Below are positions 17,596-26,953 of a stretch of 64,000 bases of DNA, one piece after another. The stretch is from a virus. The notes beneath the pieces are model-generated. The model was not told the DNA's origin, did no database searches, and was given only the letters and a program-made list of their open reading frames with translations. Where the stretch lies: the IMG/VR virus record IMGVR_UViG_3300045988_098585; one strand, written 5' to 3'. A program made the position numbers and the translations under genes. Each line of letters starts with the position of its first letter. The stretch's first letter is position 1.

Positions 17596-18000
17596 TTATT
17601 CTTTTAAATTATTATACGTTACATTAAATTTCATATTGACGTAATAAGTGTTATCACCATCACGAGTTGGGCGAGAGATAGAATAGAAATCAAAGTAGCA
17701 GCCACCAAGATAAGTACCATCACCAAACAGAGAAAGAATCTTTTCTGAATAATCAGAAAGCTTCTTTGTGTTAGGTAAGTTAGATGATGTTTTAGGGCAA
17801 TGAATATTCAGATTCACTATACCTTCATTAATGGCATCACTGTAGACAAAAGGAAGATGATTGATGGCAATATAATCACCAATAGCCAACTTCTCGGGTA
17901 TCTCATACTTAAAGATACGACCCTTCTTTATGCCTATACTCTCAATATTATCATTGAGATACTTGAATAATGCCGTTACCGCTTTATCTCCGAGTATCAT
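17596..18000 (-). CDS. tail completion/terminator protein
   Basis: 134-aa ORF. Assigned by gene order only. Confidence 0.4.
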   Translation of the reverse strand: MILGDKAVTALFKYLNDNIESIGIKKGRIFKYEIPEKLAIGDYIAINHLPFVYSDAINEGIVNLNIHCPKTSSNLPNTKKLSDYSEKILSLFGDGTYLGGCYFDFYSISRPTRDGDNTYYVNMKFNVTYNNLKE

Positions 18001-18002
18001 AT

Positions 18003-18482
18003 CTAACTATCGCTTTTAATCATTTCAGCTACTTCTTCAAAAATCTTTTTCATTTCGTCACGAAGGAAATACTTTGTAAGGTGTAAGACATTGTAACCTT
18101 TATCCTCTACATGTTTTCCGTAGTTCATGCCAGCTACAATGATGAGAGAGTACCCTTTGGGTGCTACTACACCTTCTTTCTGTGCATACTCACTGAGTGC
18201 AGCACTAACACCTTCCTGTCCTCCTTCCGCTTCTTCTGCTTTTGGAATCTTGCCAACTGACGAGGTAACAAGTTGCCCGTCAAGGTAAAGTGCGAACGAA
18301 ATTGAGTTCTTCAAATTTGCAGTTCGGTCTTGATAGCCTTTATTATCTTTAGAGTAGGTGACCGCTTCTTCGGCAAGTTGCATCAAACGCATATTGAGGT
18401 AACTGATAATCTGCTGCCTCTTTTCGTTCAACCTTTTCTGTAAGGCTTCACGACCTTTGATTTGTAATTCAACCTTTGCCAT
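18003..18482 (-). CDS. HK97 gp10-like head-tail joining protein
   Basis: Start moved to ATG 18482 (MAKVELQIKGREALQKRLNEK), a typical gp10-family N-terminus. Supported by position. Confidence 0.45.
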   Translation of the reverse strand: MAKVELQIKGREALQKRLNEKRQQIISYLNMRLMQLAEEAVTYSKDNKGYQDRTANLKNSISFALYLDGQLVTSSVGKIPKAEEAEGGQEGVSAALSEYAQKEGVVAPKGYSLIIVAGMNYGKHVEDKGYNVLHLTKYFLRDEMKKIFEEVAEMIKSDS

Positions 18483-18493
18483 ATTGCCGCCTA

Positions 18494-18922
18494 TCAGAGC
18501 CAAATTCTAAGAAAGCGTTTCTTTAAGGTTACGAAGCCTTTAACCTCCATCTCCTTATCAATAGTGCCATCTTTCTTCGTTATATGCACCTTGTCTCCTT
18601 CTTTCGGGATGAGTGGGTATTTAGCTTTATTGAGCGGAGCGTATATTTCGTACACATATGTGTATTTTTGACCATCAGCTAAAGTAATAATACTCGCCTT
18701 GGTGTTAGGAAGGATAACACACTTTCCGAAATCGATAAAGATAAACGCCTCTGGAGTCAGAGGATTTCCCTCTTCATCGTACCCAGCTTTCAATGCCTCG
18801 TTTGCGTTATCAGCAAGATTCAGTGTACCGTCGTTATTCAGAGAATAATACTTTCCTCCAACTTCTGCATAACCGATATCGTAGACGTTTGCACCAATTT
18901 TAAGCGAATCTTCAAAGTTCAC
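18494..18922 (-). CDS. head closure/head-tail adaptor protein
   Basis: 142-aa ORF with a GTG start preceded by AAGGAGGTGATAC. Assigned by position. Confidence 0.4.
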   Translation of the reverse strand: MNFEDSLKIGANVYDIGYAEVGGKYYSLNNDGTLNLADNANEALKAGYDEEGNPLTPEAFIFIDFGKCVILPNTKASIITLADGQKYTYVYEIYAPLNKAKYPLIPKEGDKVHITKKDGTIDKEMEVKGFVTLKKRFLRIWL

Positions 18923-18933
18923 GTATCACCTCC

Positions 18934-19287
18934 TTACCAAGCTTTGGCACTCGTAATCCAAAAACCATCTGAATCACTATCAATAACAAGGTCAGCATCC
19001 AATCCAGCATCCTTTGCAATAGATTTAATCATTTTATCAATGAGATTCTTATCGTTCTTGTAACTCTGAGAGATACCACCGATATTCTCACTTGACAATG
19101 AGTTCATCTTGTAGAGGATACGCATAGCCGCATAAGCTACGGGTTTCTTCACCGCTACAGAGTATTCATCAGCCACGGATGCCGTGATGCTAAACTTATC
19201 AGCAGCATCAATAAACATCTTCTCCAAAGTCTCATCAGAGGTAGAGAAAGGCTGAATCTCGCTTGCTATGGATTCTGAAATTGTCAT
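18934..19287 (-). CDS. head-tail connector protein
   Basis: 117-aa ORF directly after the capsid gene. Assigned by position. Confidence 0.4.
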   Translation of the reverse strand: MTISESIASEIQPFSTSDETLEKMFIDAADKFSITASVADEYSVAVKKPVAYAAMRILYKMNSLSSENIGGISQSYKNDKNLIDKMIKSIAKDAGLDADLVIDSDSDGFWITSAKAW

Positions 19288-19361
19288 ACTTTCCTTGTTA
19301 TATCAATATGAGAAGAAGATAATTCTATCTACTTATTACTTAACTCCTTTAAGGTTGGCGA

Positions 19362-20456
19362 TTAATCGCCAACCTCGAGGATAAAGTAGTCATTAATACC
19401 ATTAAAGACTGGCTGTGCCCACATATCTGTAGTGATATGATAGCCTGTTTTGTCACGCCAGTAACCTACAAGGTTGCCGTCATGATTAGCATAAGAGACG
19501 TTAGGCAATGGGTCGATAGCCTCCAATCCCTCTGCTTCCTTCATCACGGCGACAGTCTCAGCACACTGGGCAACAATACGGTTATCTGGGATAAGGTTCA
19601 CACTTGTACCATCAGCGAGAGTAACGAACTGGTCTTCGTCAATAACGATGGTTGGCAGCAGGATGGAACGCAGATAAGTGTTCATGTGCTCAACAGTAAT
19701 GAGAGGAACAGCAGGATTAATCTGTACCGTACCAAGGTTCAGCTTGAAGGTGTCCTTAACCTCCTTCGCCTGACACATTGCGTAGAATGTATTCTCTGAC
19801 ATACGGAGTTTGAGAATCTTACGACCCTTCTTCTTTGCCTCATCCTTCAAAGATTTAATATCCTTGAATGGAGTTGCGTTCTCTGCTCCCCAATTGACAC
19901 TTGTTTTAATCTTCTTGGTGCCAAGATTGAAGGTGTAAGACACATTCGCCTTCTTGTTATTGGTGCGTGATACGGTCTGAGTACCCTTATAAAGTCCCTC
20001 GAAATAAAGCATATCCAATCGCTTATGAGGAGCGATGACAGCTTTTTCCATTGGTCGGAAAGAGTACGAGATTAACTGGTCGTATGCAGCATTGAGCTGC
20101 GCCTGCGTATAATTATGACGACCCTTAATATCGTTGTACTTACCCTCCAAGAGATGCAACTGGTCAAGGTAGTCGTTATCAAGCTCCCACTCGTCAGCCA
20201 TACGCCCGATAGAACCAGTAAGCTGACCGAAGTCTGGCATCTGATGCAATGGACGTTCAGCATTTTTAGCAACTACAGATGCAACCATCGCTGCGTTATA
20301 CTCTGCCAGGTTCTCATTATAAGACTTGGCCGCACAGAAATCAACCTGTTTGATTTCATTCTTCCACAGAGCCTTGTAAGTGGAAGTTTTCATGTTTTCG
20401 TCAATGTAAGTCTGAAAAGACAAAGGGTCTTGCAGACTCTTCAATATACTATTCAT
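19362..20456 (-). CDS. major capsid protein
   Basis: 364-aa ORF. Size and position (after scaffold/decoration genes, before connector genes) fit a major capsid protein. Confidence 0.75.
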   Translation of the reverse strand: MNSILKSLQDPLSFQTYIDENMKTSTYKALWKNEIKQVDFCAAKSYNENLAEYNAAMVASVVAKNAERPLHQMPDFGQLTGSIGRMADEWELDNDYLDQLHLLEGKYNDIKGRHNYTQAQLNAAYDQLISYSFRPMEKAVIAPHKRLDMLYFEGLYKGTQTVSRTNNKKANVSYTFNLGTKKIKTSVNWGAENATPFKDIKSLKDEAKKKGRKILKLRMSENTFYAMCQAKEVKDTFKLNLGTVQINPAVPLITVEHMNTYLRSILLPTIVIDEDQFVTLADGTSVNLIPDNRIVAQCAETVAVMKEAEGLEAIDPLPNVSYANHDGNLVGYWRDKTGYHITTDMWAQPVFNGINDYFILEVGD

Positions 20457-20478
20457 ATTCTAATCTCCACTTTATAGG

Positions 20479-21054
20479 TTACTGAATTTTGAACAAAGCG
20501 ATACCAACAGCGTTGATACCTAACTTAATCTCTTCATTGATAGGGTATGGGAGCGAATCTTCCTCAACCTCCATTACCTGTAAGGTAGGAGTTGCTGGAA
20601 TAGAAGCATCCTTATCCAAGTCCAGAGTATCATATGAGAAGCCAAGAAGGATATCCTTGGTCTTATCATAATCTGAAACAACAGCCTTTGCTTCAACAGC
20701 GTTTCCGAGTGCGGAAACTGTCAAGGTATCAACGCCGCTTTCTGATGTAATCGCAGAGATAGTTGCACCAGCAATCTTATCACTAATGGCGAACAGAGAA
20801 CCGCTCGCAATCTTCAATGTCGTTGCACCCTTCTCTGCCTTTTCTGTTACTTTTGCAGTCTTAACAGCAATAGCATCACCTTTAGAAGTAAGCTTCAATA
20901 CAGTACCCTTTGGTAACCATTTGAGTGACGCAGGAAGATTAGACTGGTCAAGATTATAACCACCCTGACGGCGAAGGCATTGTTCTTCAAGCCATACTGC
21001 TTCCTTAATATCAGTAGGCTTGCTTTTCTTCATAAAATAGCCTTTGTTTGACAT
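20479..21054 (-). CDS. head decoration or accessory protein
   Basis: 191-aa ORF between the scaffold and capsid genes. Assigned by position only. Confidence 0.35.
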   Translation of the reverse strand: MSNKGYFMKKSKPTDIKEAVWLEEQCLRRQGGYNLDQSNLPASLKWLPKGTVLKLTSKGDAIAVKTAKVTEKAEKGATTLKIASGSLFAISDKIAGATISAITSESGVDTLTVSALGNAVEAKAVVSDYDKTKDILLGFSYDTLDLDKDASIPATPTLQVMEVEEDSLPYPINEEIKLGINAVGIALFKIQ

Positions 21055-21104
21055 TTTTTCTTTTTTAAAAGGTTCGACAAAATGTTTCTTTAAGGCGGTA
21101 AGGG

Positions 21105-21794
21105 TTACTCTGGTTTCGGAGCATTTCGCTCAGAGTAGCCTTGCATTGCCTTGATAAAATCATTCTGCTCATCTGCCTTAGAGGTTGCTTTCGGTGCTTC
21201 CACGTACTGACCACTTGACACAAGCCCCTGTTTGAGTGCAGTCCACTCGTCAGTAATCTTCTGTACTGTAGCATCGAGATTTTCCTCCTTGTCGAGCTGA
21301 TAACGTGTACGGAATACTTCAGGAATGTCCTTCAGTTTTTCGTTGCCTTGCAAAAGGCTCGTCAAGCGTGCCTTTTCTTCTCTTTCCTTGTAAGGAGCAA
21401 TAGCTTGTGCTACGGCATCAGAAATAGCTTTCTGACTATTTGCACTCGCTTCGGCAATCATCTGCTGAACTTGCTCTTGTGTAAGTCCTGTTGGAGGTAC
21501 TGGAGGTGTAGGAGGAACTGGCGGAGTAGGCTTATTGTTAGGGTCGTTAGGGTCAATCCAGCCATCGAATTTCTTCGTTGTTTCGCTGACCGCACGATTG
21601 AATGATGATTGCATCATACCAACATAAGGTTCAACTGCCGTGATAGCACTCGTTACATCCTCGTCCTTTGACTCATCTGTTAGACCTCGACTTGCAATAA
21701 TCAGGTCAACCAGCTTTGAAAGTTCGTCCTTCTTCAAACCATACTTTGCAAATGATGTTTTGGCAGAAGTAAGCACTTTGTCTTTTATTGCCAT
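21105..21794 (-). CDS. scaffolding protein
   Basis: Start moved to ATG 21794 (MAIKDKVLTSAK). Helical protein with a PTPPVPPTPPVPPTG linker, upstream of the capsid gene. Confidence 0.55.
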   Translation of the reverse strand: MAIKDKVLTSAKTSFAKYGLKKDELSKLVDLIIASRGLTDESKDEDVTSAITAVEPYVGMMQSSFNRAVSETTKKFDGWIDPNDPNNKPTPPVPPTPPVPPTGLTQEQVQQMIAEASANSQKAISDAVAQAIAPYKEREEKARLTSLLQGNEKLKDIPEVFRTRYQLDKEENLDATVQKITDEWTALKQGLVSSGQYVEAPKATSKADEQNDFIKAMQGYSERNAPKPE

Positions 21795-21839
21795 AGTAAT
21801 TTTCTGTTTAAACGTTATACTTAAAAATGATTCTGCTTG

Positions 21840-21847
21840 CAAAATTA
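21840..21847 (-). promoter_or_regulatory. Bacteroidota -7 box (TAATTTTG on minus strand) upstream of scaffold/capsid operon
   Basis: CAAAATTA on plus, 46 nt upstream of ATG 21794. Confidence 0.4.
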
Positions 21848-21998
21848 ATATTTCTAATAAATAATGAATAGAAATTATTAATAGTTGTGTAAACAATTGC
21901 GATTTAGGCGATTTTCTTGCGGTCTAAGCGGTTTTCTTTTAGTTTATATATAGTTATTAAGAAACAAAAATAAAAGGCAAGATAACCGATATTCTTGG

Positions 21999-22358
21999 TT
22001 ACTTTGCCTTACGTAGTATCATATCTATCTTTGCCTTAACCTTCTTCGGATTCCTGGCATCGTGATTGCTCAATCTCACTACATGATACCCAAGTCGCCA
22101 TATACCCGAAGAGCGATTACCATCCTTGCGCTTTTGGTCTTTGGTAAAATGATAACCACCATCAAGCTCTATTATGGTTTTTATCTCGGGTAGATATATA
22201 TCTGCGAAGTATAATTTTCTACCTGTGATTATTGGCTGCTGTGGTATTACCTTATATCCTAATTGAGTACATATCTTCGCCGCAGCCTTCTCCGCATCTG
22301 TTGTATTCGAAAGAAGGTCGCAGCGAATTTGCCTAATTAAAGCCTTCGAGTATTTCAT
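21999..22358 (-). CDS. DUF559/Vsr-like endonuclease-domain protein
   Basis: IELDGGYHFTKDQKRKDGNRSSGIWRLGYHVVRLSNHD matches the DUF559 pattern as I recall it. Confidence 0.6.
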   Translation of the reverse strand: MKYSKALIRQIRCDLLSNTTDAEKAAAKICTQLGYKVIPQQPIITGRKLYFADIYLPEIKTIIELDGGYHFTKDQKRKDGNRSSGIWRLGYHVVRLSNHDARNPKKVKAKIDMILRKAK

Positions 22359-22879
22359 TTGCCTTTCTTCATCATATCAATCTCATCCTGTAGGTAGAAG
22401 ATTGCCTTACTCAAATCCTGTATTCTCTGTTCACGTTCTGAAAGGTTCATTTCCTTCTTACCCTTACGCAAGAGATATTTTACTGCTGAGCCACAGTTAA
22501 AGTCAAGGTGTCGGCAAATATCAATCGGCTCTATGCCGCAGAGTTTCTTCAACCACGCATAGTGGTCGGGGTGATTAACCATTTCAGCTTTTTCTTCACT
22601 AACGATAGTGCCATTTTTCGCAATCACTTCAAACTGAATAGGTATATTCTCTTGATATGGTTCATTGTATTCATCTTCTATAATATTGCATTCTACAATA
22701 GATTTATCTACATTGACAACTTTTAATCTAAGCGGGTACATATTGATAAGCGCATATTGACCTTCTCCAATTTTATAGATATACATTTTTATTACACTGC
22801 TTGCTGCGCCAATCACTTGATTTGGTTCTATTGGTAATGTAAAAACCAACCCTTTACGTATCTTCATTGATTCTATCAT
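22355..22879 (-). CDS. DUF3310-like phage protein
   Basis: C-terminus NHPDHYAWLKKLCGIEPIDICRHLDFNCGSAVKYLLRKGKK...DLSKAIFYLQ resembles DUF3310. Confidence 0.55.
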   Translation of the reverse strand: MIESMKIRKGLVFTLPIEPNQVIGAASSVIKMYIYKIGEGQYALINMYPLRLKVVNVDKSIVECNIIEDEYNEPYQENIPIQFEVIAKNGTIVSEEKAEMVNHPDHYAWLKKLCGIEPIDICRHLDFNCGSAVKYLLRKGKKEMNLSEREQRIQDLSKAIFYLQDEIDMMKKGK

Positions 22880-22900
22880 AATTCTTGCTTTTTAAAAAAT

Positions 22901-23131
22901 TCATCTTATCTCTATTTTGATTTTGTAAATGTCCTTTGGTTTTAATCTATCAGAACCATTAAGCAATAAATGAGCAATCGTATCTGCTATAGAGTCACTG
23001 ATAGCTCTTCTTGTATATTCAGAAGAATCCCCATGTTCGTTCTCTTCGTAAACATTTACGAAATCCTTGTTATTATCCGTTACGACAACCCCGTTATCAG
23101 CAAATTCTATCTTATAGCTAAGCTTTTCCAT
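22901..23131 (-). CDS. hypothetical protein
   Basis: 76-aa ORF in tight operon spacing. Confidence 0.4.
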   Translation of the reverse strand: MEKLSYKIEFADNGVVVTDNNKDFVNVYEENEHGDSSEYTRRAISDSIADTIAHLLLNGSDRLKPKDIYKIKIEIR

Positions 23132-23137
23132 AAATTA

Positions 23138-23473
23138 CTATCTATTTGATTTTGTTTCCTTTTTATCATGTTCTCTCATGTAATACTTTTGCTGGTTAAC
23201 CATAACTCTTGTGATGGTGTTTTGCATTTTTTCAATCAGAAATCTCGGTGTATCAGTATCACGAATTACAACTGGATTCCTGTCATAATGTGCTCTGTAC
23301 CATTTCTGCGTATAATCGTCGTCAATTCTTACAGATATTACAAACTTAGGAATAAAGAGGTCGCTGCGTTTCTTTCTTTTGTATTTGCTCATTTCTTTTG
23401 ATGGGCATCTATACTCGATATTATTCTTATCCAGCCAGCCCATCAACTTCTTTAACTTCGTTTCGTTTTTCAT
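23138..23473 (-). CDS. hypothetical basic protein
   Basis: 111-aa ORF in tight operon spacing. Confidence 0.4.
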   Translation of the reverse strand: MKNETKLKKLMGWLDKNNIEYRCPSKEMSKYKRKKRSDLFIPKFVISVRIDDDYTQKWYRAHYDRNPVVIRDTDTPRFLIEKMQNTITRVMVNQQKYYMREHDKKETKSNR

Positions 23474-23491
23474 TTGAATATCTCTTACAAT

Positions 23492-23935
23492 TTAGTTCTC
23501 ACCTAACATCTTTTCAACCTCATTATCATAGTCATTCCTCTTAAACCAAGTAGTGAGGTCAAAGATTACTTCCGTATCCTTTTTCAGAGTTTTGTATTGG
23601 CTTAGATAATTTCTACCCGTTACTTTGTTGGCCTTTCTTACTTTATCTAAAAACCAAAAGTAATTTTTTAAATATTCCGAATGGAATGTGATTATATCAG
23701 CATCTTTGCATTTTTGCATCATAAACAGTATCGCTTCTACAATAACGACTGCTTTTGAAGCGCAATAGATGTGATTTTTCTCTTTTATCACAACTTCTCC
23801 GTTCTTAATGATGATAACCGAAAATTTACCTTTCGCGAAATTTTCTTCATAATCACAACTTACGTAGCATTCATATCCAACAAGTTCTTTTGCTGGTGTG
23901 AGGTAAGTATCGAGCCAATTTTTCTTTTTCTCCAT
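23492..23935 (-). CDS. hypothetical protein
   Basis: 147-aa ORF preceded on the minus strand by CAGGAGATACAAAATG, the shared early initiation motif. Confidence 0.55.
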   Translation of the reverse strand: MEKKKNWLDTYLTPAKELVGYECYVSCDYEENFAKGKFSVIIIKNGEVVIKEKNHIYCASKAVVIVEAILFMMQKCKDADIITFHSEYLKNYFWFLDKVRKANKVTGRNYLSQYKTLKKDTEVIFDLTTWFKRNDYDNEVEKMLGEN

Positions 23936-24079
23936 TTTGTATCTCCTGTGTTATTATATAATCGGGTGGGGCATACGTGCGCCCGTTAGTTAATTTTTTC
24001 TTGGGCTGTCGCCCCTATAAGGAAATAAATTTAATTAAAATTCTCATCCCTTATTTTATTGTTTTTGATTTTACATAAA

Positions 24080-24877
24080 CTACATTTTTGCCTCCTTTCT
24101 TCTCGTACCATGACGAGATAACGATATAGCATCGTCCATCTGCATACGATAGATATTTGATTCGACAGAAAATGCGTTTCTGCTTTTTGCACTTATCACA
24201 ATCACAGAATCGCCAATATCCTTGATAGACATATTAGTTGTACAAGCCTTTGCATCGCACCTTATTTCTTTGATTCTTGTGCGCTTGTTGATAATGCCTT
24301 TGCCTACAAGTTGATTTGTGACTTTGAACGCTTGGTACATCGTGCCAAAGATAACATCCTTTATTCTGTCATAAGATAAACCTTTGTTATCGCAAAATTT
24401 CTTCCTCAACATACGACTTTCACGTTTGAGAGCCTTGCGAATAATCTTCGCATTTCTCCCATTCGTTCCCTTATTGTGCGTATTGATTACATCCTCTTGC
24501 ATCCTAACTTGGTTCTCCATGACAATCCTTCTCAAAAGGTTTTTGATGGCAGGAAATGTCATCTTCGTTAAATCATCCTTGCGAAGCTTATAACTATATC
24601 CATCATTTGAATGTATGCTACGTGCAATGTATCTCTTTTTTTCATTCTTTTCTTCTAAATGTAAATACCCTATCTTGCAACCATATTCAAGCAGTCTCTT
24701 TAACTTATTATTATCAATATGCAATAGCTTGGCGCAATGATTGTACGATACAAGGTTAAGGTCAGATGAGCGGAATAAGAGCTTAATCTTTAGAAGCAAA
24801 CAGAAGGCATCCAAGCGATTCTTATCGCTCAGAGCAAACTTAGCCTCATTTATTCCTATTCTTATTCTTTTCATCAT
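24080..24877 (-). CDS. double winged-helix/HTH protein, paralog of 59575..60357 (regulator or replication initiator)
   Basis: Start moved to ATG 24877 (MMKRIRIG). DAFCLLLKIKLLFRSS...KLKRLLEYGCKIGYL and GLSYDRIKDVIFGTMYQAFKV align by eye with IAFSLFIKTRVKSS...VRKRIDTLKALGLI and GISYKYIAKKLSVSVQKAFDL. Confidence 0.5.
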   Translation of the reverse strand: MMKRIRIGINEAKFALSDKNRLDAFCLLLKIKLLFRSSDLNLVSYNHCAKLLHIDNNKLKRLLEYGCKIGYLHLEEKNEKKRYIARSIHSNDGYSYKLRKDDLTKMTFPAIKNLLRRIVMENQVRMQEDVINTHNKGTNGRNAKIIRKALKRESRMLRKKFCDNKGLSYDRIKDVIFGTMYQAFKVTNQLVGKGIINKRTRIKEIRCDAKACTTNMSIKDIGDSVIVISAKSRNAFSVESNIYRMQMDDAISLSRHGTRRKEAKM

Positions 24878-24891
24878 TATATATAAAGCAA

Positions 24892-24935
24892 AAACCAAAC
24901 AGATGAAAGGTACTATCAATCATTCCGTTTGGTTT
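24892..24935 (-). promoter_or_regulatory. terminator-like hairpin in the leader, abutting the start codon of 24080..24877
   Basis: Minus strand AAACCAAACGG..CTGTTTGGTTT (11 bp, one G-U) followed by TTGCTTTATATATG. Confidence 0.4.
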
Positions 24936-25018
24936 GTATATAGAACCCTTTCACTTGTGTTGATTGGGCGTATATGGTTCTTTCTTAGCTGGAAAATAGT
25001 ACTTCCCTTTTCATGCCG

Positions 25019-25026
25019 CAAAATTA
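25019..25026 (-). promoter_or_regulatory. -7 box of early-class promoter (TAATTTTGCGG on minus strand)
   Basis: Same extended TAATTTTGCG(G/A) sequence as the plus-strand early promoters. About 140 nt upstream of ATG 24877. Confidence 0.5.
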
Positions 25027-25074
25027 AAAAGAATTATTCATATAGTGCTTTAAAATCTCTTAAAAGATAATAGA

Positions 25075-25186
25075 AAACTAATAATAAATATTAATTTGGG
25101 TGATGAAAATTTGTTTATCTGAAAAGTTATTATTAATTTTGCGACATAAAAATTAATAACAACAATTAAATATAGGAGATACAAAA
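25075..25186 (+). promoter_or_regulatory. early promoter-leader cassette copy 1
   Basis: TTTG 25110..25113, N20, TAATTTTG 25134..25141, then the conserved leader AATTAATAACAACAATTAAATATAGGAGATACAAAAATG. Confidence 0.7.
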
Positions 25187-25318
25187 ATGGAAAAAGAAAA
25201 AGACATGATGAACCCATTAAATTGGGGAGTTAATGAGATTAAAGATGCTTGTGAGGCATTTCTACTTTCACTCTTTTGTGTATTCGCAATGTATATAACA
25301 TTATTAATTTTTAGATAA
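25187..25318 (+). CDS. small membrane protein (43 aa)
   Basis: ATG 8 nt after GGAGATAC. Translates to MEKEKDMMNPLNWGVNEIKDACEAFLLSLFCVFAMYITLLIFR. Below the track size cutoff. Confidence 0.5.
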   Translation: MEKEKDMMNPLNWGVNEIKDACEAFLLSLFCVFAMYITLLIFR

Positions 25319-25319
25319 G

Positions 25320-25598
25320 ATGGAGATAGTAACGACATTTGTTAAGTTTCGTTGTCCCAAAAGTGCAATGAAGGAGCAATCGCATAATGCTCAGATATTT
25401 AATTTTGATGGCAAGAATGGTGAGATAAAAATCTTTGTTCCAAAATCAAAAATAATCATTAAAGAGGATTCTGTAAGTGAAAATTTTAATGTCTGCATAA
25501 TGCCAAAATGGGCTTTCTTCAAGACAAAGAAATTATCATTCTTTGTTGAAATTTTAGGCGAGACACAACACATGGAGGTTGTAGACGATATAGATTAA
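25320..25598 (+). CDS. hypothetical protein
   Basis: 92-aa ORF starting 1 nt after the preceding stop. Confidence 0.45.
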   Translation: MEIVTTFVKFRCPKSAMKEQSHNAQIFNFDGKNGEIKIFVPKSKIIIKEDSVSENFNVCIMPKWAFFKTKKLSFFVEILGETQHMEVVDDID

Positions 25599-25641
25599 TT
25601 ATTATTTTTATATATTCATTTTTAAAAAAGGAGATACAACA

Positions 25642-26616
25642 ATGAACACAATGGCAATGAATTTGATGGCACAGCCAAAAGTAGCAGAGGTAGCGGTTGC
25701 AAAGCAGCCAGAGTTGAAGAGTGACAATAAGAATCAGTTCTTGGATTTTGAGACATCCAAGGTACAGATTTTGACAATCGACCAGCTTGAACGCACCGAG
25801 AAAGAGAATGATGTGTACGGAAAGCCTTTGAAAGGCATCTATCATTTTGACCTCATTCATAAGGTGGAAGACTTGTGCGAGAAATACGGCTATAAGGCTG
25901 AGATTTACGACCTCTTTGCGGCGAATAACAAAGACCGCAATACTCCAGGTGTTACCCGTTTGCCTGAGAAGGAAGCTTTGATGGGTGATAGAGCTGTAGA
26001 GGCTCATATCCTTCGCCGAGTATTCTGTAATATCCGCTTGCGTGACTTTGATAAAGGAGAGGGCAATGATGAGATTACAACCAATATGGCGGTATCATTC
26101 CATCAGAAGGGTATTCAGTTAGGTATTGGTAGAAACGTAATTATCTGTCATAATCAGTGTATGCTTAGTGCTGAGCATTACGCTGCTACCTACTCAGACC
26201 TCAATAGCAGAAGATTAGCTTTCAAGCTCGATGAGCTTCTTCAACGTGCTGATGATTGGCTCGCTAATCTAAAAGGTATCATTGATGCCAATGATGAAAT
26301 GATTGAGCGTATGAAGAATCGTGAGATTAAGGCACAGGAGATGTTTACCATCATCGGTATGCTGACCTCGCTCCGTGTTGCTGCCGAGACAAAATACAAG
26401 GGCATTCGCAATCTTCAAGTCATCCCTCTTAATCAGGCACAGATTGGTCGATTGACCGAAAAAATGATGATTGCTTACTACGAGCGCAATGTGGTTACCG
26501 CTTGGGATTTGTACAATGCGGCTACCGATATGTATAAGTCAACTCAGCTCGACCAGCCAATGATTCTTTCACAGAACTTGGCAATGAGTAGCTTCATTCA
26601 GAATAAGTTGATTTAA
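25642..26616 (+). CDS. DUF932-like phage/plasmid-associated protein
   Basis: 324-aa ORF with the GGAGATACAACAATG start context. NMAVSFHQKGIQLGIGRNVIICHNQCML resembles the DUF932 core. Confidence 0.45.
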   Translation: MNTMAMNLMAQPKVAEVAVAKQPELKSDNKNQFLDFETSKVQILTIDQLERTEKENDVYGKPLKGIYHFDLIHKVEDLCEKYGYKAEIYDLFAANNKDRNTPGVTRLPEKEALMGDRAVEAHILRRVFCNIRLRDFDKGEGNDEITTNMAVSFHQKGIQLGIGRNVIICHNQCMLSAEHYAATYSDLNSRRLAFKLDELLQRADDWLANLKGIIDANDEMIERMKNREIKAQEMFTIIGMLTSLRVAAETKYKGIRNLQVIPLNQAQIGRLTEKMMIAYYERNVVTAWDLYNAATDMYKSTQLDQPMILSQNLAMSSFIQNKLI

Positions 26617-26658
26617 AGATATAACTACATAAGATTGAATATAGAAAAGTCGATAACA

Positions 26659-26698
26659 AGAGCCATCAAGCCGCCGTGAGGTGTCGGCTCTTTCTTTT
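26659..26698 (+). terminator. intrinsic terminator
   Basis: AGAGCC..GGCTCT stem (alternative inner stem AGCCG/CGGCT) followed by TTCTTTT. Confidence 0.55.
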
Positions 26699-26770
26699 AG
26701 GTGTTTTTAGTTACATAAGTTCGTAAATTTATAACGGTTATTCAGTTGCATCCTACAGCGGTAGGGGTTC

Positions 26771-26928
26771 CCAAAGAAAACCAATCGCACTGGGTGCGTG
26801 GGTTGTATGGTAGTGATACCAAATTATTCTTATCAAATTCAATCCTACAATAGGATTAGCACAGTTTACTCTGTATAAGCAGCCCTTAATAAGCAGAGGT
26901 TGGCGAGGGTTCGATTCCCTCCTTTGGA
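26771..26928 (+). ncRNA. structured RNA closed by a tRNA-like acceptor/T-arm module (not a canonical tRNA)
   Basis: T-arm GAGGG-TTCGATT-CCCTC at 26905..26921. The adjoining CTTTGG (26922..26927) pairs with CCAAAG (26771..26776). Internal hairpins CGCAC-TGG-GTGCG, GTAT-7nt-ATAC, AATCCTA-CAA-TAGGATT and CTCTG..CAGAG. No D-arm or anticodon arm could be built. Confidence 0.35.
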
Positions 26929-26953
26929 ACTAATTGTTTTTAAAGTAATAATT

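Noticed and set aside
19343-19366. 11-mer GGTTGGCGATT shared between the capsid gene 3' end/hairpin and the non-coding region at 50487..50497.
   Set aside because: It is too short to establish a repeat family. One copy is coding (EVGD*) and no extended similarity surrounds either copy.
26771-26928. tmRNA or suppressor tRNA that would explain the in-frame TAG at 2703.
   Set aside because: No D-arm or anticodon arm and no CTA anticodon loop could be built. No alanine-type G3:U70 acceptor and no plausible tag ORF were found. It is kept only as a generic tRNA-like structured RNA.
26900-26953. TTG-initiated N-terminal extension of ORF 26900..27340.
   Set aside because: The extension (MARVRFPPLELIVFKVII) is translated from the T-arm/acceptor sequence of the tRNA-like element. 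The first ATG at 26954 is the more plausible start.
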